From positions 372,001 to 436,000 of the forward strand of contig OW569375.1 in assembly GCA_937625935.1 (NCBI GenBank): 64,000 nt of DNA, given 5' to 3'. The DNA comes from Tetramitus jugosus. Its lineage: Eukaryota; Protista; Heterolobosea. Both the position numbers and the translations under genes were made by a program. The notes beneath the pieces are model-generated. The model was not told the DNA's origin. It searched no databases and saw only the letters and a program-made list of their open reading frames with translations. Each line of letters begins with the position of its first letter. The first letter of the stretch is position 1. Shown piece by piece: positions 55,229-64,000 of the stretch.

Positions 55229-56094
55229 ATGTCCACCACAACAGCTGAAACTAACAACAACGAGAACACTATCGCCACTACTGCTACTGAGGCACAAGAA
55301 GTTCAAGACTCTCCACGTTCAACTAAATCAGTTATTCAACATCCATTGGAGCACACATGGGCACTGTGGTTCCACAATCCTTCACAAAAGACAAATGCTG
55401 CCAATTTTTTCATGAATTTGAATCAAGTGTATGCTGTTTCAACCATTGAACAATTCTGGGGTTTGTATAACCATGTGATGACTCCAAGTAAGCTTGGTAT
55501 GGGTTGTACCTACTATTTGGTATGTGTCAATGCTAGATTGTGATTATGTTGCTTTTTTTCTGCTGTTTGAATGCTTTTTTTTGCAACTCCAATTTTGTTC
55601 AATACTAACACACACATTCACTCGCATCCATTCTTATTCTATTTTCTCCATGATACTACTACTATACTCAGTTCAGACAAGGTGTTCAACCAAAGTGGGA
55701 AGATGAAAACTGTGTTGGTGGAGGTGAATGGTTGCTTCCATTGGACACAAAGGGCATCAAACCAGATCAAGCCAAACAATTGATGGATCAATATTGGTTG
55801 AATGCTATGCTTGCATGCATTTCTGGTGATGCATTTGGTGAGTATGAAGAGTACATTTGTGGTGTTGCAGCCATGATTAGAAAACAACCAAGGATAAGTC
55901 TGTGGATCCGTAAGACACCTGATGACAAGACTATTTTGGCCATTGGCGAAATATTTAGAAATGTGGTTCTCTTGTTGGATGCTGACTTGAGTGACGAAGA
56001 AAAGAGACAAGCTTCCATGTTCAAGGTTCAATTCAAATCATTTGCTGATCAAATGAAATTCATCAGAGATCCAAGATTCCAAATTCCAAAGTAA
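55229..56094 (+). CDS. eIF4E: Translation initiation factor 4E family member; exons 55229-55519 and 55672-56094
   Basis: HPLEHTWALWF, EQFWGLYNH, YYL|FRQGVQPKWED, GGEW, ISLWIR. Intron 55520-55671 is GTATGT...CAG. Confidence 0.93.
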
Positions 56095-56777
56095 GATCAA
56101 CAAGCCCTTGATTTTACTGTTGTCAAGTGTGTGGGTAATGCGTGATTTTTCACAGTCATGAGCACTTGATAATGATGATCACTTAATGGTGTGATGAATG
56201 TAGTCGTCATCAAATAGAGTCGTAGGAGGTGGTGATGGTGGTGTGATGGTGGTGATGATGAGTATGGTGTGAAATGCGTGTGTGTTTGTGCGGTGTTGTT
56301 GATCCGTCCATGGAGTACATGATTATCTCACACAGTTGGCATGTCTGTTGCAATTATTGAACCTAAAATGCAAGACTCTCCTCTGTGTGTATAGTCATCA
56401 TTATCGTCATGATGTGATCTTGCCTCTATTTGTTAACCAATGCCCACTCACTCAGTCACGCATCCATCCACTCCTCTCACATTATCACACTTGCTGCTTT
56501 GGGTGAGAAACAGTGATGACCTATTCTATTTTCACTGTTTCTACCTCAGAATCACTTCCATTACTTGATCAGTACTGGACCATTCATTACCCACACCGTT
56601 TCGCAAGAAGCTTTTTACTCATTCCCAACAATCATTATTAGAAATACAACAACAACGAAAACATCAAAGAAAAAAACATCAATAAAACCGAACCAAAACC
56701 ACAACATTCAAAGTGCATCCTTCACTTTTCTCCAACCAACAAAAAACACCGCAACAGCAAATACCAAGTGAACTACA

Positions 56778-57950
56778 ATGGGAGAAGAACAAGATCAAGA
56801 AGTGAACGTCTCCTCTCCATTGCCAACCACCACCACAACTTCATCATCTACCGATGTTGATCATCAATCAAACAATACCAATGACAATAACAACAATCCA
56901 ACAACCACAATAATCACAACAACAAATGAAGGCGAACAAGATGAAAAAAGATACTCCAAATACCTTCAAAACTTTTTCCCATACCTCACATCAAAGATCC
57001 AATACGACTCTGAAGATGCACTCTCCTATCTCACACCATGGAAGGACGCCATAGAAGTAGCAGACGAAATCAACAAAATTTGTCGCATGCACACTGGTCA
57101 ATACCCCAATCATATCATTGATGGCACGGGTGGACTCGGTGGAAACACTCTTGGCTTTCTCAACTATTTTTGGAATCATCGATTAAGTGGAAAACGTGTG
57201 ACAATGATTGAGATGAACAAGCAGAGGTATCCCATGTCACTCAACAATGTGAAACTGTTTATTGATGATCATAGAGCAAACCAAGAACAACACAGTAGAA
57301 GTGGTAGAAGTAGTGGTAGTTATGATGATGCAGTATCATTTCAGTCATTTAATGAAAATTTTGTGTCGTGGTGGAGACGAGAAGGCTCTAGAAAGTACAA
57401 CAATTTTGCAACGTTGGTGTTCATGGATCCTCCATGGGGAGGACAAGATTACAAGCAACATGAAACGATTCATGACTTGTATTTGGATGATGAACAATCA
57501 ACAACAGTCAATGATGATGATGATGATGATGATAAGGTCAATAAGAATGCAAGTGAAAATGATGAAGGTGAAAAAAAGACGAAACAAATTTCAATCAAGG
57601 ACTTGGTCATGGAGATTTTGTCGAGTGGTGTCATGGGTGTTGTTCTCAAGGTGCCTCACAATTACAGAGATCGTACTCTAACGGAACATGACTCTCGCAT
57701 GAGATTGAGGTGCTATGTCATGAAAAAGGTCAAGTACATCATTATGTTTGCACCTGGTAGTGGTGGGAGTGGTGGTGGCAGTCGCAGTAACAAGCCAGCT
57801 CCCTCTGTTGGTGATAGAAGTCGGTCAACAGCGAGAGATCAAGGAAGGTATGAATCGAGTAGAGATGGTGGTAGCTATGGAGGTCGATCCGATAGATCTT
57901 CTTCGTCGTACAGAGAAAGTCGTCATCATCCATACACTCGCCGAAATTAA
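56778..57950 (+). CDS. RNA cap guanine-N2 methyltransferase (Tgs family), DPPWGG variant
   Basis: SYLTP, IIDGTGGLGGNTLGF (SAM motif I), IEMN, FMDPPWGGQDYK, VLKVPHNY; RS/G-rich C-terminal tail. Confidence 0.82.
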   Translation: MGEEQDQEVNVSSPLPTTTTTSSSTDVDHQSNNTNDNNNNPTTTIITTTNEGEQDEKRYSKYLQNFFPYLTSKIQYDSEDALSYLTPWKDAIEVADEINKICRMHTGQYPNHIIDGTGGLGGNTLGFLNYFWNHRLSGKRVTMIEMNKQRYPMSLNNVKLFIDDHRANQEQHSRSGRSSGSYDDAVSFQSFNENFVSWWRREGSRKYNNFATLVFMDPPWGGQDYKQHETIHDLYLDDEQSTTVNDDDDDDDKVNKNASENDEGEKKTKQISIKDLVMEILSSGVMGVVLKVPHNYRDRTLTEHDSRMRLRCYVMKKVKYIIMFAPGSGGSGGGSRSNKPAPSVGDRSRSTARDQGRYESSRDGGSYGGRSDRSSSSYRESRHHPYTRRN

Positions 57951-58308
57951 AACATGTTCTTAAACGAAATGGTGGTACTTCACTTTGCCACCTCACTCAC
58001 TGTAAATTCCTCGTCGTCACGCCCACTCATTCGACTGGTTTACAATGAACTATACCTTCAGGTTACTCAAAGGACTTCAGCCTGGACCTGTCTAAGCCAG
58101 TCCAGCATGAATCATTCAGACATTAGCACGTCAGAGACCGGGCTGAAAATCGATGGCGGAGAAATTGATTACCTCGCCTTGGAAGGCAGCGAAGATTCTA
58201 CGCGGGCACATCATCCAACAGAAAAGCTTTTCTCTCACAACATCCCAAACAACCACAAACAAATATTCATATCACCCACCATAGTATCATTCTTATTTTT
58301 TTGTGACC

Positions 58309-59186
58309 ATGGCCACCCAACAACAACAACAAGCTAAACCAACTGCTGAATACCTGTACAAAATCCTTGTCGTTGGTGATATAGGTACTGGAAAAACGAG
58401 TATCATCAAACGTTATGTTCACAACATTTTCTCTGGTAGTTACAAATCCACTGTATGTCATCAAACTTGTGTTTTTTCAACATTTTCAAATTTGTAAGCT
58501 TTTGAGTGTCTACTGACAAAAATTAAAAATATGATGATTTATTGACCTATCCATTTCTATACAGATTGGTGTTGATTTTGCACTCAAAGTTCTTCAATGG
58601 GACAATCAAACTGTGATTCGATTGCAATTGTGGGATATTGCTGTATGTATTCATCATTTCTCATCATCTCTCATCTCTCATCGTTCACACTGTTTTCTCA
58701 TGTTCGCTCTTGATGACTCACACACATACACAAACAACACAATAACAGGGACAAGAGAGATTCGGTAACATGACAAGAGTGTATTATAAGGAAGCTGTGG
58801 GTGCGTTGGTAGTGTTTGACATTACTCGTCCACCAACATTTGACGCTGTTTTGAAATGGAAGAGCGATATTGAACACAAGGTATTCCTGCCTGATGAGAG
58901 ACCTATTCCTTGTGTCCTATTGGCCAACAAGTGTGACTTGGCCAATGCAATCAACAAGTCTCAAGAAGAGATGAACAGTTATTGTGCAGAGAGTGGATTT
59001 GCTGGTTGGTTCGAAACGAGTGCCAAAGATTGCAAGAACATTGAAGAAGCAGTCAAATTTTTAGTGGAGAAGATTTTGGAGAATCATGTGGAGATGAATC
59101 AAGCAAACAATAGTGATGCTTTGAATTTGAATGATGTGCAACAAAATTCATCTGCTGAGAAGCCAAAGGGTGGATGCTGTGGTTAA
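58309..59186 (+). CDS. RAB32: Rab32/Rab38-family small GTPase; exons 58309-58452, 58565-58642, 58749-59186
   Basis: GDIGTGKTS, YKST|IGVDFALK, diagnostic WDIA|GQERFGNMTRVYYKEA, NKCD, ETSAK, C-terminal CC. Confidence 0.92.
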
Positions 59187-59406
59187 GTATGACCATCATC
59201 AATTATCATCAACCTCTCCACTCTCATTTGTGTTATGATCCCAACGATGATAACAACAATAATCATCATATAATTATTTTGTGCAATAAAACAAAGCAAC
59301 TAATTTTGTAGCTGTGATTGTTACTGTATGTGCACAGGCAGAGACTTGGAGAAGAATGGTGCTTTTCCGTATTGTTTACATGCTTTGATTTTTACTTGTG
59401 GATAAT

Positions 59407-60699
59407 TTACTTGGTCACTCTGTACTTCTTGACTTGGTCCAAAAGCTTGCGTGCTTCAGCATTGTTCTTGAAGTGATCTCTGACTGGTTGCAAGATACCG
59501 TTCAGTGCCTTGGCAAGAGATGGCTTGACATCACCTGGATGCAATGCACCACTCTTAAAGTCCTCTTCGAATGTTTCATATTCTTCGTACAACTTGTTTC
59601 CACCATTCTTCTCTGATCGCTCGACTTCAAACTTGCCGTTTCTTGGGAAGATAATGTACTTGACGTATTCAACAACAGGGTTTCCATCAATCACCTTCTC
59701 TGGACAGAATGCACTCTTAATCTTGGAGTTGACTTCAGTTTCACTGTCTTCCATGAAAATGGCAGATCTTGGATCAGACTTGGACATCTTCTCACCAGTC
59801 AAACCGAGAAGCATGTGATGAGAGAGAATCACAGGCTTAAACTTGCGCTTTGGCTCAGACTTGTCGCAGTATTCTCTAGCGAGAACGTTAACCTTTCTCT
59901 GATCCATACCCAATTGGCAAATATCGGCCTTCAAGAAGAAGATATCAGCACATTGCATACATGGATAAAAGATTTGAGCAGCACTGAGGTCATCCTTCTC
60001 TGATCTGCCCATAATTTGAGAACATCTCAAAATTCTGGCCAAATTGTTCTTTCTGGCAATGTCCAGAACAAGCATCCAGTACTCATTTGGCTTCTCATTG
60101 ATAATTTGACTGCTCCAGACAAATTCAACATTGTCAAGGTTCATTCCAGCACTCTTCCACACTTCAATCATGTATTTTCCAACAGTTTGAATCTTCTTCA
60201 AGTCTCCACCCATCTTGTTGTTCATCAGAGCGAACCAATCAGCAACCAAAAAGATGAATTTGCAACCAGAATCAGTCAACTTGTTGACATTGATTGCCTT
60301 CATGATACCTTGAGCAATGTGAACTCTGCCTGATGGCTCAAATCCATCATAGCAAACGGGTTGTGGCTTCTTGCTGACCAATAGTCTCAATTCTTCTTCT
60401 TGGATGCACTCTTCACCGACAGACAACATTTGCTTGACTCTTGCTTCATCAGCTTCACTCAATTCAATAGCACTGTGTTGATTTTTTGTTGTGTGTGTGA
60501 GAAACTGACAAAATATTCATTCATGCAAAAGCTAAGCACAAAAAAAAAATATCTCAATGAAAATAATTTACCTCTTTTCAAGCTTTTTGGCACCTTCTTC
60601 ATCGTTGGCGATTGGTTGTTCTTGAACAATTTGTTCAGCAACAGTTGTTGCTTGTGGTTGTTGTTCCTCTTGTTGTGTTGGTTGTTGCGTGTCAGACAT
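59407..60699 (-). CDS. TyrRS: Cytosolic tyrosyl-tRNA synthetase (short archaeal/plant type); exons 60699-60572 and 60472-59407
   Basis: CYDGFEPSGRVHIAQG, YPCMQCADIF, QLGMDQRK, KMSKS, LHPGDVK. Intron 60571-60473 (GTAAAT...CAG) is in frame. Confidence 0.95.
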
Positions 60700-60836
60700 G
60701 TTTGTTTTCGCTTTTTTTGTTGTTGGGTTGTTGAGAGAGCTGGAAGATTTCCTGTGAATCGGGGAATATGCAGGTGCACTTTACAAAATGAATAGTCGTA
60801 GATCTTTTATGCAGTGGTTGGATGTCACGCATAGAC

Positions 60837-63800
60837 TTATAGCTTTCCAAACTTGAACTTGTTGTAGATGAAGGAGGACAGTTTGCCTGCCGGCTTTTGA
60901 AGTACTTGGTTGGAGAATGGTGCCCATATCTCCAGTCCATTCATTTGACTGGCTGCGGCAAAGAGTACCCATGATATCTCTTGCATGAGCAGCAAATTTC
61001 TTTGACAGTGCTCCTTTTCGGTGTGGGATTTTTGGATGGCGATCCATTCATTGTCACTGGCATAGGGCGGAGTGAGCAGATTGTAGTTGCATGAATCGGT
61101 GTTTGGTCTCATCTGAGCAAATTCCAATCTTGCATTCTCATCAAACAGATCGACACCCAATGTTTGATTGGAGAGTCTCCTTGCAACAGAGAATCCTCTC
61201 GATTTGTTCATCTTTTGTTTCATGTACAAATTAAGGAAGAACTTGTCGTCAGTCTTCTCAAAGTGTCCCACGTCGATAACGAACAGATCTCTCAGATGAT
61301 ATCGCTTTGAGTGCTTCTTGTCATGATCCTTCTTTGTGTAATCGTACTTGACAGTGTAGTAGGACTTATCGGTCAGCAGCAAGAATCTCTCCTGCTTCAG
61401 TCCGTCCTTGTTGATCTTGATAACCTTGTACGCCTTGATAAACTTCTCCTCAAACAATAAAACTTGCTGTTTCATCTTTGCGATCGCTCCTTCATCTGAC
61501 GCGGGCAACTTGTTGTACGGTTCATTATTGACCAAATTAATCACGGCTTGTAGTTGTAATGGCCCATTGACTGCCTCTCGTGCTAATTTTTCGAGCACTT
61601 CGATTGGGTTTTGGAGAGCATTTGATAGAACATCTGGCCGAGGAACACTGATCATGCTCTCGGTATCCTTTGGATTCAACGTTGAAGTACGTTTGAATTT
61701 CTTAATGTTACTCATGAACAAATTGTTCAACTGGGCAACAAAGTCTTTGACTGGAATACTGTTCATTTCATCAAATCCCACATTGTAGTACAGTGTTCCA
61801 TCGTTTAATGCGTGGACACTTGACTTTTCCTTGGATGGTTCATATAGTACAGATGATATTTCCGCGAATTGTACTACAATACGCCTCACAGCTTGCAACA
61901 AAGCTTGACTGTGGTGAGTAGACTGATCGCAATACGTACCAATGCTCGTTCTCAGATTGTCCCACATGTTTCGCTTGAGAAGATGGAGCGCTGATCGTTT
62001 TTGATCATCAGTTTTCAGATTGTCAAAAAACGTCCAGTCAACTTCAATTGCCAGAGAGTCAAAGGCAGTTGTATTCGAAGCTTGAATCGAACTTCTTTTG
62101 ATCATGGATTCATACTGACGCACATATGTTGATTCAATGTCTTTCTTCTTCTGTTCATAGTCAATGTTTGATCTCTTTACGAGCTCGAAGGCCTTTCGCT
62201 GTAGGGATCTAACATCAATTTGCTTAAAGTGATTAAGAGCCATTTGAGCGAACAAGGACAACAATTGATCATCACTCTCGACAAGATTTTGGATCTTCTC
62301 GTAAGCACCGTTTTGTACCAGTATCTCTCTACAGTCTGATGATAATGCAGTATTGCATAGCACGTTGCATACAGTCTCCTGAATGGTAGAGTTTTCGCAA
62401 TCGAGTAGAACAACTAAGATCTCACATTGTGCAATCTGTTTCCTATTTGCGTCAATGCTGCTCAAGTGTAGAAGAGATGCAACAACGTTTTCAACCAGAG
62501 AGGAGGATAAGGAGTGACAGTACGGTATCAGAGCCTCTACAGCACGCAGTTTTGTGGCATATATCGAGTTTTGTTCCAGTTCTACCAAGCTCTTCACGCA
62601 ACTATTGAGGAGTAGTTGAATCTTGTGTGTTCGACTGCTGGTGGATTCACAGTTGATCGATTTACTTGGGGATCCGTGATTAGTGTTCGCAAATTTGTGC
62701 AGCAAACGAATCAACATCTGCAAGCCACCCAGTTCGGCCACAGTTATCTGAGTCATTCGATTCTTATCGGACATTTTGCTAATAATTGTAATCACATCCA
62801 CAAAATAGTCACTGGTGTCGTGTGCAAGCATTGGCACTACTAACTCCATACCACCCAAGCGCACAAATTGGTCACGCACTTGACTACTCTTTGCCAGTCG
62901 ACCAATCATGAACAAACTAATCTCTTTGAAAACACTTGATTTCAAAAGCTCGATTAATAGTGGGAGAAGGCCAAGATGTGCCACTTGATCACCAGATACT
63001 TTCTCCTTTGCTACATGATTCTTTAGTGCTTCAAGCAACACAAACAATATTTTTTGGTTTGATTCAACTCTATAGTCCAGTTGTAACATCCAATCAACTG
63101 AACGATGTATTGGTATGCTTTTGTCGAGCAATTGAATGCAATTATTGATTAAAGTTTCATTCTCCAGGTTCATATGTCTCAATATTAAGAATCCTGCAGT
63201 TTGCAATGTGCTATTATTTGATTCACCTAACAAAAGAGACATTGTATTCGCCATGTCCCTTTGGATAATGTCAGAAATGCCTGACAGATTCTCTCTGTTA
63301 GAAATAATATTGCCCAGTAGTTTGGCTAAATTTAGACGTGTGGATTCCTCTACTGTACTCGATTTTAAGAATGAGAGGCATTTAACATAGAAACTATCCT
63401 TGCCATTGAATTTATCAATGACCGTAATGATTGTTCTTGGTTCATACTCTGCAATCTCAGCCAAAAACAATGAGAGCTCGGATGCATAGGTCAAGTTGGA
63501 TGACATGAATTGGTTCATAATTAATTTTGCTCCGTTCATTGGCTTACCTTGAACGAGAACATAGAAATTGTCTTCCTCCACTGGCTTATCGACCTTTAAT
63601 TGCGCAATTAGATAGTCTCGTGCAATCTTTGTGGAACATAGCTTTGATAGAATATTGACGATAATATTGAAGCAAGAGTCAACATTGTGTGGCACTGTTG
63701 AGCTTTGCTTACGTTCAGTTGCCTGCAAAAAACATAAAATTGACAACAACAATTCAATGACGTTCATGCCCTCCAAATGAGTAATCTCTTCCACTCTATT

Positions 63801-63998
63801 CTGCTTTGCGCATACTAGCTTGATCACGAGCAAGAGTTTCTCTAGCATCGTAACAAACTCTGGTTCATGAATAGGCATTGTTTTCACTGACAAGCTGGCA
63901 TTGTAATCTTTGCGCGATGGTTTAAGAAGTTCTATCAATGTGTTGATCAGTGGTTTCAATGGACACTTTTGACCAATGGTCTCACAATTGTTACTATT
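60837..63998 (-). CDS. Armadillo-repeat protein with C-terminal hSac2/PH-like domain (5' end beyond window)
   Basis: ARM-like units (LGGMELVVPML, LGGLQMLIRLL, NGAYEKIQNLV); KINKDGLKQERFLLLTDKSYYTVKYDY resembles hSac2. Frame is open to the window edge. Confidence 0.7.
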   Translation of the reverse strand, partial: NSNNCETIGQKCPLKPLINTLIELLKPSRKDYNASLSVKTMPIHEPEFVTMLEKLLLVIKLVCAKQNRVEEITHLEGMNVIELLLSILCFLQATERKQSSTVPHNVDSCFNIIVNILSKLCSTKIARDYLIAQLKVDKPVEEDNFYVLVQGKPMNGAKLIMNQFMSSNLTYASELSLFLAEIAEYEPRTIITVIDKFNGKDSFYVKCLSFLKSSTVEESTRLNLAKLLGNIISNRENLSGISDIIQRDMANTMSLLLGESNNSTLQTAGFLILRHMNLENETLINNCIQLLDKSIPIHRSVDWMLQLDYRVESNQKILFVLLEALKNHVAKEKVSGDQVAHLGLLPLLIELLKSSVFKEISLFMIGRLAKSSQVRDQFVRLGGMELVVPMLAHDTSDYFVDVITIISKMSDKNRMTQITVAELGGLQMLIRLLHKFANTNHGSPSKSINCESTSSRTHKIQLLLNSCVKSLVELEQNSIYATKLRAVEALIPYCHSLSSSLVENVVASLLHLSSIDANRKQIAQCEILVVLLDCENSTIQETVCNVLCNTALSSDCREILVQNGAYEKIQNLVESDDQLLSLFAQMALNHFKQIDVRSLQRKAFELVKRSNIDYEQKKKDIESTYVRQYESMIKRSSIQASNTTAFDSLAIEVDWTFFDNLKTDDQKRSALHLLKRNMWDNLRTSIGTYCDQSTHHSQALLQAVRRIVVQFAEISSVLYEPSKEKSSVHALNDGTLYYNVGFDEMNSIPVKDFVAQLNNLFMSNIKKFKRTSTLNPKDTESMISVPRPDVLSNALQNPIEVLEKLAREAVNGPLQLQAVINLVNNEPYNKLPASDEGAIAKMKQQVLLFEEKFIKAYKVIKINKDGLKQERFLLLTDKSYYTVKYDYTKKDHDKKHSKRYHLRDLFVIDVGHFEKTDDKFFLNLYMKQKMNKSRGFSVARRLSNQTLGVDLFDENARLEFAQMRPNTDSCNYNLLTPPYASDNEWIAIQKSHTEKEHCQRNLLLMQEISWVLFAAASQMNGLEIWAPFSNQVLQKPAGKLSSFIYNKFKFGKL

Positions 63999-64000
63999 GC

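Noticed and set aside
51104-60699. Endogenous giant-virus segment (F-box/LRR, eIF4E, Tgs, Rab and TyrRS are all gene types found in Mimiviridae)
   Set aside because: No capsid, polB, packaging ATPase or other NCLDV hallmark. eIF4E, Rab and TyrRS have host-type introns and look like ordinary cellular genes.
1-64000. Alternative genetic code with TGA as sense
   Set aside because: TGA, TAA and TAG all terminate genes at expected positions, and Trp is TGG in conserved motifs.

Overview
Gene-dense, intron-poor eukaryotic nuclear DNA with roughly 35 protein genes. I found no rRNA, tRNA, CRISPR array or transposon. I resolved 15 short GT-AG introns (63-162 nt, mostly GTATGT donors) that join split ORFs. 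Gene content and compaction suggest a free-living protist, possibly a Naegleria/Acrasis-like heterolobosean; this is inference only. Most genes are housekeeping: serine carboxypeptidase, aldo-keto reductase, scramblase, Sec14, LCB2, SDR, ACAT/DGAT, RRP40, TEN1, GH31, CFAP20, HROB, AP5B1, eIF4E, Rab32/38 and TyrRS. Highlights: (1) a complete ethylene-receptor-type hybrid histidine kinase with the ETR1 Cu/ethylene-binding residues intact and cyanobacterial-looking sensor domains; (2) an atypical eIF4E directly upstream of a DPPWGG-type cap guanine-N2 methyltransferase, a possible cap writer/reader pair; (3) a single in-frame TGA inside HROB; (4) a birth-and-death F-box/LRR locus with variable repeat positions and a collapsed duplicate of the block; (5) a CxxC-thioredoxin-RGS fusion, an INTS8 retaining its PP2A-binding motif, a candidate Sld3/Treslin, and an SCA7-finger/Myb factor with tandem AMPK-like sites. 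All family assignments come from remembered motifs, not database searches.
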